A stretch of 25,418 bases of DNA from Bacteroidota bacterium. GTDB lineage: Bacteria; Bacteroidota; Bacteroidia; Cytophagales; Amoebophilaceae. Below, in pieces: positions 7,513 to 15,066 of the stretch (its first letter is position 1; the number at the start of each line of letters is the position of its first letter). Under the pieces are notes generated by a model that ran no database searches, was not told where the DNA came from, and saw only the letters and a program-made list of their open reading frames with translations. The stretch is from assembly GCA_038526075.1 (NCBI GenBank), contig JBCBHC010000001.1:1-25418 (forward strand), in the 5' to 3' direction. A program made the translations under genes and the position numbers.

Positions 7513-8655
7513 TTGTTGTTAAACCGCCGATTTGCCCGCACCAAGGCGCTACAAAACCTATATGCATTCTATGTAGCTAAACGGGCTAATCAAGACTATG
7601 CGAAGAAGCAGCTACGAGAGCTGCTCACGCCGCACGTGTTCGAAACGGTGCTGCCATCTCCAGCGCAGCTTAGCCAAGAGCAAGAACAAGCGCAAGCATT
7701 ACTCTCGAAAGTATTGAGTAACCCTCTCGCTAAAACCGAAGCGCTTATAGCAGCCTCCAGCCAGCATCGTGTACAAGCCGCGGTACAGGAATCCCTAAAT
7801 AGCTACAAGCAAGCAATGGCTAAGGACGAGGAACACCTACGGCAGGGATTCCGTGAAGCCATTAGAGAAATAGACCAGGCTAGTGCGCGTGTTGTGCAGC
7901 TATTAGTGGCATGGGCGCACGTAGCGCAGCAACGGGCAGACAAGCCAAGACTACGCCAAGCAGCCAATCCTACTCCCACGCTAGGCCTCCATCAGAATGC
8001 CACTTTACAGTGGCTACAGACTGACCCGGCTTGGGCACAACATGTACGAACGCACGCAGCAAGCTGGACAAAAGACCAACACTTGGTGGAAAGCTGGTAT
8101 CACCAGTTGATAAAAAAGGATCCACAAGTAACTCGCCTCCTCACAGAGGCACCAGAGCAGTTATTAACTTATTTGGTAGACAATATTATCTGGAAGCAGA
8201 CGCCTATTCAAGACTTTTTTGAAGAACATTACTCGGGCTGGTTTGCGCATCAGCATATCGTCAAAAAGATGTTGCGAAATACCCTGCGTGCAAAAGCACA
8301 GTATGGTGCCAAGGACAGTAAGTTATATTGTCAAAGTGTGGCAGCGGAGGCGAGATCCTACCAGGAATTTTATGCTTCTTTGGTAGAAGAGGCATTGACG
8401 CGAGATGCACACATAGAAGTAGCCATTGCACAGCACGCGAGGAACTGGTCTATTGACCGCCTAGTGCTCATAGACAAAATCATCATGAAGTTGGCCGTGT
8501 GTGAGATGTTGTATGCTGAAGACGTACCCACGAAAGTGACTATCAACGAATACATAGAATTATCCAAGCTGTACAGTACCCCTAAGAGCAGCCAGTTTGT
8601 TAATGGGCTTTTGGATGCAGTAGCCCGCCAATGTAATCCTGCGAATAAATCATAG
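7513..8655 (+). CDS. nusB: Transcription antitermination factor NusB (long Bacteroidota type)
   Basis: N-terminal LNRRFARTKALQNLY; C-terminal WSIDRLVLIDKIIMKLAVCEM...PTKVTINEYIELSKLYSTPKSSQFVNGLLD. There is an in-frame TAA at 7498 and no ATG, so the start is TTG 7513 or 7516. Confidence 0.92.
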   Translation: MLLNRRFARTKALQNLYAFYVAKRANQDYAKKQLRELLTPHVFETVLPSPAQLSQEQEQAQALLSKVLSNPLAKTEALIAASSQHRVQAAVQESLNSYKQAMAKDEEHLRQGFREAIREIDQASARVVQLLVAWAHVAQQRADKPRLRQAANPTPTLGLHQNATLQWLQTDPAWAQHVRTHAASWTKDQHLVESWYHQLIKKDPQVTRLLTEAPEQLLTYLVDNIIWKQTPIQDFFEEHYSGWFAHQHIVKKMLRNTLRAKAQYGAKDSKLYCQSVAAEARSYQEFYASLVEEALTRDAHIEVAIAQHARNWSIDRLVLIDKIIMKLAVCEMLYAEDVPTKVTINEYIELSKLYSTPKSSQFVNGLLDAVARQCNPANKS

Positions 8656-8852
8656 GTTCCAAGCGTCATTGACACATGACGAAAAAATCTACTAACACTA
8701 CTATATCATTTGTGAGATTAGTCTGGAGTATTCCAATAAGTATCTCGCTTGCGTTAGCTCAGGGGATAAGCCTCGGGAGTAAGCTCGCTGTCAGCGTCAA
8801 AACGTATATAAGACGTGTCAACAAGTCTCTGGTCTTTTTAATAGATTCCGAT

Positions 8853-9389
8853 ATGCACCAACCCGATCATACCAAGGCGTCAAAAGCTTGGGGACTTAAG
8901 AGTCTCTGGAAGGGATTGCAGCTCACGTGGAAGCATTTTGCACAAACACTTCGCCGGCGTCGTTCGTCTGCAGACATCACTCAGCCCGACTACTTCCAGC
9001 AGCCAACAGGGGCAGTTACGTTACAGTATCCGCGTGAGCAACCAGTAGTACCCACACGCGGCCGATATAAGCTGCACAACGAGATAGACGACTGCATTCT
9101 GTGCGATAAGTGCGCTAGGATATGTCCCGTAGACTGTATAGAGATCGAGTCTATCAAATTCCCTGTTCCTATTGGTAAGACAAGCAATGGAATGACTAAG
9201 CGGCTGTATGCGGCCAAGTTCGATATAGATATGGCTAAGTGTTGCTTCTGTGGGTTATGTACTACAGTCTGCCCTACAGAATGCTTGACGATGACGCCTG
9301 AGTATGACTACAGCGTATTTGACTTGGCAGAGCACAAGATCTCTTTCGCCAACGCCACACCTCCTAAAGAGGCTGCTTCTCAATGCTGA
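8853..9389 (+). CDS. NuoI-like 2x[4Fe-4S] dicluster protein (complex I 23-kDa subunit family)
   Basis: LWKGLQLTWKHF, VTLQYPRE, RGRYKL, CILCDKCARICP and FDIDMAKCCFCGLCTTVCPTECLTMTPEYD. Start placed at ATG 8853; ATG 8676 is the alternative. Confidence 0.8.
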   Translation: MHQPDHTKASKAWGLKSLWKGLQLTWKHFAQTLRRRRSSADITQPDYFQQPTGAVTLQYPREQPVVPTRGRYKLHNEIDDCILCDKCARICPVDCIEIESIKFPVPIGKTSNGMTKRLYAAKFDIDMAKCCFCGLCTTVCPTECLTMTPEYDYSVFDLAEHKISFANATPPKEAASQC

Positions 9390-9392
9390 ACC

Positions 9393-9459
9393 TTAGGGAA
9401 TGCTCCTTTCGGGGAGAGTAGTGGCCGCGTGAACACTGGATTAACCGATACTTCCCTAA
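9393..9459. terminator. Possible RNA structure between convergent nuoI-like gene and trxA
   Basis: CTCCT-TTCG-GGGAG hairpin (9403-9416) inside an 8-bp outer stem TTAGGGAA (9393-9400)/TTCCCTAA (9452-9459). No strong U-tract. Confidence 0.3.
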
Positions 9460-9794
9460 TTGGTGTGCTCAGAGAGCGCTTCGTGCAGCGTTGCTTTGGT
9501 TTGCGCCCCGATCATCCGGGCTACTTCTTGTCCATCCTTGAAGATGATCACAGTAGGTACGGTCTTAATGCCATACTTTGCCGATGCCGCTGGATTCTTG
9601 TCTACGTCTAACTTGCCTATAGTAAACTTCTCAGCCACCTCCCCAGCCAATTCATCGACTACAGGCGTGAACATACGGCACGGTCCACACCACGTAGCCC
9701 AAAAGTCCACCAGCACTGGCTGTGTGCTTTGTATAGTCTGGTCGAAGTTAGCATCTGTAATTTCTAGCGCCTTACTAATATTTTTATCGTTCAT
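9456..9794 (-). CDS. trxA: Thioredoxin
   Basis: VLVDFWATWCGPCR, KLDVD, GIKTVPT; 112 aa. Confidence 0.96.
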   Translation of the reverse strand: MNDKNISKALEITDANFDQTIQSTQPVLVDFWATWCGPCRMFTPVVDELAGEVAEKFTIGKLDVDKNPAASAKYGIKTVPTVIIFKDGQEVARMIGAQTKATLHEALSEHTN

Positions 9795-10200
9795 ATGAAT
9801 AGAGTAAACGTTGATGATGTACTGTGCGTGACTTTAACTAGCCCCTGTTTCTTGTGTGATCCTCGCTAGACTTCCTACCCAGCTTCGGTTTATTGTACTG
9901 CTATTAGTATCCAGGTGACTAATTTGCCGTGCGAAGGTAGTACTTTCTTTGCAACTGCCTCAGCCGTGTGCAATACGTTGATCAAAGACTCGTTAATGTG
10001 TAAACGCAGAATTATGGTTGTGCAGGACGTAAAAAAACGAGCGAATATAAAAACGTGAGCAGACAGGAAGAGGCAAATAGCTGTGGAAAAGCATCTACGT
10101 ACTAGTTAGGTGCTTTATTAAAGTGTTTGGGTGGAAGAGAGCAGGGAGAGAGAGCATTACCTTACCTCAAACTTAGGTTGATATATTATTACAAAGCTGA

Positions 10201-10320
10201 CTAGACAATCAAGTCTTTTTGGTCATCCCAAGCTTTTCCCTGAGCAAAGCAAAAGTACTGTCGAAGCATTTCACAGAGTGTACATAGTCTGAAAGACATT
10301 TTGAAGTGCTTGTGGGCCAT
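10201..10320 (-). CDS. Possible 39-aa small ORF MAHKHFKMSFRLCTLCEMLRQYFCFAQGKAWDDQKDLIV
   Basis: ATG at 10320 and TAG at 10203-10201, with AGGAGGT 7 nt upstream. Below the ORF-track cutoff; no homology recognised. Confidence 0.2.
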   Translation of the reverse strand: MAHKHFKMSFRLCTLCEMLRQYFCFAQGKAWDDQKDLIV

Positions 10321-10360
10321 ACTCTGTACCTCCTATAACCACGACCTCAGTGGACTCCCT

Positions 10361-11050
10361 TCATCTATCTGCTGATGTGCTAGGCTTTCCACCAAAAGGC
10401 TTTAAGTAGATAGGGACAGCACTAGCCAGGTCTTCAAAGATACCCTGCTGGAACTTTTTCTGTGCTAGCTGGCCGATAGACTGTGCTGTAGGCGTAACAT
10501 CTTCTACAAAAGATGCATTGGAATGGCGCATTAAGAGTGGCCTGCATTTGGCTGCGCCATCTCCAAAGAACAGGACAGGAGTATGCTGTAGATATGCTTG
10601 GAAGCTTGCGTCGTCAACAACCATAGCGCAAAGCGGCATGAGCACGCGATCCTGTGCATCTACAAGCATGCAATATACTTCCATACGCCTCGCATCGATC
10701 ATGGGACATCGCAGTGCTTGCTCGGTATTGTAAGGCTGTATCCCATGTGCCATGGCCGACAGTGTGGGAATGGCTATCAATGGAAGCTCTAGTGCATAGC
10801 AGAGTCCTTTGGCAACAGAGAACCCTATACGCAGGCCCGTGTAGGATCCCGGTCCGTTAGATACTGCCACAGCTTCTAGGTCTTGAATTGTGCGTGCGCT
10901 TATCGCCAGCAAATGTTCTATGGTCTGATGTAGCATCTCAGCATGAGAGTTAGCTACATACAGTGTCTGGGTGGCCAGCAACTGTGTTTCGGTATGTAAG
11001 GCTACAGAGCATGTACGTGTGGCAGTCTCTATGCTTAAGATTAGCGACAT
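10361..11050 (-). CDS. tsaB: tRNA threonylcarbamoyladenosine biosynthesis protein TsaB
   Basis: MSLILSIETAT, HAEML, SNGPGSYTGLRIG, MIDARRMEVY, PIYLK. Start placed at ATG 11050. Confidence 0.93.
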   Translation of the reverse strand: MSLILSIETATRTCSVALHTETQLLATQTLYVANSHAEMLHQTIEHLLAISARTIQDLEAVAVSNGPGSYTGLRIGFSVAKGLCYALELPLIAIPTLSAMAHGIQPYNTEQALRCPMIDARRMEVYCMLVDAQDRVLMPLCAMVVDDASFQAYLQHTPVLFFGDGAAKCRPLLMRHSNASFVEDVTPTAQSIGQLAQKKFQQGIFEDLASAVPIYLKPFGGKPSTSADR

Positions 11051-11124
11051 ATGGTAGGCATAGGTTATAACAAGCTGTGTGAGCAGAGGTGTAGAAGAAG
11101 GCGGTACTTGAGCGGAATTATGCA

Positions 11125-11132
11125 CAAAGGTA
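11125..11132 (-). promoter_or_regulatory. Candidate -7 box (TACCTTTG) for tsaB
   Basis: Exact TAnnTTTG match 75 nt upstream of ATG 11050; it lies inside the track's longer ORF extension. Confidence 0.45.
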
Positions 11133-11281
11133 GTACTCTCTAAGCGCCCTGTGCCTCCTTGCAAAAGGAGGGGCTGACCGCGGGCCGGGACGGCAAGCGG
11201 GCGCATAGTCACATTCTCGGCGACACGTCACTTTTGGACGTCATGGCTAACACAAAAGCGATGCCATGTGCGCCGGTTATG

Positions 11282-11289
11282 TATATTTG
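11282..11289 (+). promoter_or_regulatory. Candidate -7 box (TATATTTG) for murG-murC
   Basis: Exact TAnnTTTG match ending 27 nt before ATG 11317. Confidence 0.45.
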
Positions 11290-11316
11290 TCAGCCCTAGC
11301 ACATCACACACTGTTT

Positions 11317-12708
11317 ATGAGAATTATTATCAGCGGAGGCGGCACGGGCGGACATATATACCCTGCGCTTACTATTGCAGATGCACTCAAGCGTCAAGAT
11401 ACTACCAATGAAATCTTGTTTGTGGGCGCTAATGGCAAAGCAGAGATGGAGCAGGTCCCCAAGGCAGGGTATGCTATTGAGGGATTGCCCATCAGGGGCT
11501 TGCAGAAAAACCGCATATGGGAGAATTTGGGGCTATTATTCAGGCTAGTGGCCAGCTTACGGAAGTCGAAAAGTATCCTCAAGCAATTCAAGCCCGATGT
11601 AGTAATAGGGACGGGCGGCTACACTAGCCTACCTATCCTTTACAAAGCAGCTAAGGCAGGGATCCCTACCCTTATTCAAGAACAGAATGCCCATGCCGGT
11701 CTAACCAATGAAATCTTGTTTGTGGGCGCTAATGGCAAAGCAGAGATGGAGCAGGTCCCCAAGGCAGGGTATGCTATTGAGGGATTGCCCATCAGGGGCT
11801 TGCAGAAAAACCGCATATGGGAGAATTTGGGGCTATTATTCAGGCTAGTGGCCAGCTTACGGAAGTCGAAAAGTATCCTCAAGCAATTCAAGCCCGATGT
11901 AGTAATAGGGACGGGCGGCTACACTAGCCTACCTATCCTTTACAAAGCAGCTAAGGCAGGGATCCCTACCCTTATTCAAGAACAGAATGCCCATGCCGGT
12001 CTAACCAATGTAGTCCTAGGCAGGATAGTGGACAAAGTATGCGTGGCTTACACCGACATGGAAAAATATTTCCCTGTTAAGAAGTTGGTCATTACCGGTA
12101 ACCCCGTGAGAGACTCTATTCGGCAGCCACCAGCGGCGCAATCAGTAGCCCTCCAGCATTTTGGCTTAGAGCCAGGTAAGTGTGTACTCATACTAGGCGG
12201 TAGCCTGGGGGCTCAGAACATTAATAAATGTACCCTGAAGATGTTAGACGCGCTGGTGGAAGAGCGGATTCAGGTACTATGGTCTACAGGACCAGGATAT
12301 TATGAGCATGTGCAAGCGCAACTTACTCCTAAGCAAAGAAAGTGGGTGCGAATTTATCCATTCATAGAAGAGATGGCGCTCGCCTATGCAGCTGCCGACA
12401 TCGTGGTCTCGCGTGCAGGGGCGTTAGCTATCTCAGAGCTATGTGCTGCACAGAAAGCGAATATTTTTATTCCGTCCCCCAATGTAACAGCTGATCACCA
12501 GAGCAAGAATGTCAAACCACTGATTCAGCAAGGTGCCGCACTACTGGTAGAGGATGTTGAAGCACCGTATATACTGGACCAAGTGCTCCTCAAGTTAGTC
12601 AGCGACAAGGATAAGCAAGCCAAGCTTCGTAGAAACATGCGTCTATTCGATCGGCCCAATGCAGTAGCACATATTGTGCAGGAGATTGTCCGGCTCACCA
12701 AAGCGTAG
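11317..12708 (+). CDS. murG: MurG glycosyltransferase carrying an in-frame 100-aa internal duplication
   Basis: GGGTGGHIYP, GTGGY (twice), QEQNA (twice), TGNPVR, GGSLGA, SRAGA. It is 463 aa, or 363 aa (ordinary MurG size) once one repeat copy is removed. Confidence 0.93.
   Translation: MRIIISGGGTGGHIYPALTIADALKRQDTTNEILFVGANGKAEMEQVPKAGYAIEGLPIRGLQKNRIWENLGLLFRLVASLRKSKSILKQFKPDVVIGTGGYTSLPILYKAAKAGIPTLIQEQNAHAGLTNEILFVGANGKAEMEQVPKAGYAIEGLPIRGLQKNRIWENLGLLFRLVASLRKSKSILKQFKPDVVIGTGGYTSLPILYKAAKAGIPTLIQEQNAHAGLTNVVLGRIVDKVCVAYTDMEKYFPVKKLVITGNPVRDSIRQPPAAQSVALQHFGLEPGKCVLILGGSLGAQNINKCTLKMLDALVEERIQVLWSTGPGYYEHVQAQLTPKQRKWVRIYPFIEEMALAYAAADIVVSRAGALAISELCAAQKANIFIPSPNVTADHQSKNVKPLIQQGAALLVEDVEAPYILDQVLLKLVSDKDKQAKLRRNMRLFDRPNAVAHIVQEIVRLTKA
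11404..12010 (+). repeat. Exact 300-bp tandem duplication (11404-11703 and 11704-12003) with a 7-bp ACCAATG microhomology
   Basis: 11404-11710 is identical to 11704-12010 line by line. ACCAATG occurs at 11404, 11704 and 12004. Confidence 0.98.
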
Positions 12709-12714
12709 TATCCC

Positions 12715-14100
12715 ATGCTACAGTGCGAGTACATTTATCTTATAGGAGTAGGCGGCATTGGCATGAGCAGTATGGCCCAATGGTATCGTGCATTGGGAAA
12801 ACATGTCTTTGGTTATGATAGAACTCCCACCGCAATCACTGATTACTTAGCTACGAAAGGCATCAAGATTGTTTTCAATACTGACGAGCAGCACATCCCC
12901 CAAGAAATCATCAAAAACAAAGCGGAGAGCCTGATTATATATACTCCTGCCATTCCTGTAGAGCATCCACTATTACGATATTTCAATCGCCATGGCTACC
13001 GCGTTTGTAAACGCATAGATGTACTCGAACGCATTACACAACGTTACAAGACAGTAGCGGTGGCTGGTACGCACGGAAAGACGATTACTACTGCGCTCGT
13101 ATCACACATCTTGCATCAAGCAAACTGCCACATGGTGGCCTTCGTAGGCGGGGTTGTGAAGGGCTATGATGCTAACCTGCTCATGCATGGAAGCGACCAT
13201 GAAGATGTCATGTTAGTGATAGAAGCAGATGAGTACGATCGCTTCTTCTTACGGCTACACGCCGACATATGCGTCGTTACTTCTATGGATGCTGACCACT
13301 TAAATATCTATGGGGATGTACAACAGTATCAGGAGGCATTCAGACAGTTTGTTGCGTCAACTCCTCCCTATGGATACGCTGTAGTTCACGAAGCAGTAGC
13401 CCGTAGAATAGGTATCCATCATATGCCTGGGTCCCGAGCCAAGTACTATGCGCTAGAAGGCAAAGAAATACGTGCAGAGAATGTCTGCGTTGACCAAGGG
13501 CTTGTCTGCTTTGACTATGTTAGCAATGCCGTACGCATCGACGGCATTCAGTTGCCTTTGGTGGGCACCTACAACGTAGAGAACACACTCGCGGCCATTA
13601 CGACGTGTCATCGATTGGGCCTTGCGTCGGGAATTATCCGCGAAGGCATTCGTACATTCCAGGGAGTAGAGCGAAGGTTTGAATTCATCTTTCGTGACCA
13701 GCACACCGTCTTCATCAGCGACTATGCACACCATCCCGTAGAGATTACAGCTGCTTTGCGTGCTGCACGCGCCCTGTACCCGCATAAGCGCATCACCGCT
13801 GTATTTCAGCCCCATCTGTACAGCCGTACCCGAGATTTTGCCCGCGAGTTTGCGCAAAGCTTGGACTTAGCAGACCAGGTCTGCTTACTAGCCATCTATC
13901 CCGCCCGAGAGGAACCGATAGCTGGTGTAACTTCCGAATTGATTATGGATTACATGCAGGTTGCCGACAAAGCATTGTGTGCTTCGACAGAAGTCATCAA
14001 CCAGCTTACCCAGTGGGGTAAGCCCGAAGTATTGATGCTGATGGGTGCAGGTGATATTAATAAGCTGATAGATCCGTTGAAGGCATTCTTGAGCACTTAA
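12715..14100 (+). CDS. murC: UDP-N-acetylmuramate--L-alanine ligase
   Basis: IGVGGIGMS, GYD, AVAGTHGKT, EADEYD, DADHL, RRFE, DYAHHP, FQPHLYSRTRDF, MGAGDI. Confidence 0.96.
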   Translation: MLQCEYIYLIGVGGIGMSSMAQWYRALGKHVFGYDRTPTAITDYLATKGIKIVFNTDEQHIPQEIIKNKAESLIIYTPAIPVEHPLLRYFNRHGYRVCKRIDVLERITQRYKTVAVAGTHGKTITTALVSHILHQANCHMVAFVGGVVKGYDANLLMHGSDHEDVMLVIEADEYDRFFLRLHADICVVTSMDADHLNIYGDVQQYQEAFRQFVASTPPYGYAVVHEAVARRIGIHHMPGSRAKYYALEGKEIRAENVCVDQGLVCFDYVSNAVRIDGIQLPLVGTYNVENTLAAITTCHRLGLASGIIREGIRTFQGVERRFEFIFRDQHTVFISDYAHHPVEITAALRAARALYPHKRITAVFQPHLYSRTRDFAREFAQSLDLADQVCLLAIYPAREEPIAGVTSELIMDYMQVADKALCASTEVINQLTQWGKPEVLMLMGAGDINKLIDPLKAFLST

Positions 14101-14195
14101 TGTAACAGACACGGCAACTGTATCTGGCACAAAACCTTAGGGCTATTATCCTAGCGAAAGCAGAAAATACTGAATAATTGAGTGGCTGGGGGAGG

Positions 14196-14993
14196 TTAAG
14201 TGCCTTTATAATTTGTGACAGGGGTGCTACCTTCTTTTCTACCTTTCTTTTCTCTAGTAGCTAGCCCTTCTTTACGCTGATGTTATAGCCGGGAGGCTTC
14301 ATCGCGCGATTTCTTCAGCATCTGCTCATAGGTATGTATCTCTGTTTCGTTCCAATAGGCTTTGTCTAGCTCATGAAACGCCCGCTTCATGATTGGAAAG
14401 TTGGACACGAGCTTTTCATAGGCTGGCTCAACAGTCTCTGAAGCATGCTTGAGATAGTAGTACCAGCACTCTGCGTTGCTCTCAAGCTCATCTACACTCT
14501 TTTGGAACTTGGGCAGCTCTATAAACGTGAAGCAGAGATTATTTAAGTCGCGCTTCTTTGTGCCACTCCCCAGCATGAAGTGGTCTGACTTGACTTGCTT
14601 TTTTTCAGGGTAGAGCTCTACGTCTGCTATGGCCAGGAAGATCACTGCTTTGAGCGATTTGTATTTTCCGCCGGTCGCGATTTGAAGGCCATATGCTTGT
14701 GCAGTGTAGTAATGTGCCCTTTTGAGGAGGTGATTTGTATGGGTTAATTGCATCTTCACAATGTATTGAACACCCTGCTGGTCACGGCATAGAATGTCTA
14801 GCGTGCTTTCTGGCATTCTAGGGTTATTGATATCGGGGAGCAAGTCTACCATTGCAATCTGTCCTATATACTTATGGTCCAGGATATCATTGAGAAAGGC
14901 TATAAGAACATCTTTGTTCTGCTCATGGCCGAAGACGCGCTTGAATGCGTAATCATTTTTGGGATCTAGGAATCTGGTGTGATGTGCACTCAT
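14196..14993 (-). pseudogene. Rpn family (PD-(D/E)XK nuclease/putative transposase) gene, probably inactivated
   Basis: FLDPKNDYAFKRVFG, LDILC, FIELPKF and W-YYLK are Rpn hallmarks. The ExQ motif reads YIVKMQ (AAG at 14756-14754). The TAA at 14285-14283 precedes an in-frame Rpn-type tail HQRKEGLATREKKGRKEG that runs to TAA 14198-14196. Confidence 0.75.
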
Positions 14994-15014
14994 ACAGTAA
15001 TATTTAAACTCCTT

Positions 15015-15022
15015 CAAACATA
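15015..15022 (-). promoter_or_regulatory. Candidate -7 box (TATGTTTG) for the Rpn-like gene
   Basis: Exact TAnnTTTG match 21 nt upstream of ATG 14993; it overlaps the track's TTG 15017 start, arguing for ATG 14993. Confidence 0.4.
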
Positions 15023-15066
15023 TTAGATAGTAAAGAATACTTTAAGCTCTGTTCCAGAGGTTCCAC

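Noticed and set aside
9460-9798. 112-aa plus-strand ORF exactly antisense to trxA
   Set aside because: Codon-symmetry shadow; trxA explains the sequence.
11170-11180. GGGGCTGACCG resembles a tmRNA 5' end
   Set aside because: The similarity stops after 11 nt; no tag ORF, T arm or complementary 3' end, and no room before murG.
14101-15066. Rpn genes as IS elements
   Set aside because: No terminal inverted repeats or target-site duplications found by eye, and Rpn transposition is unproven.
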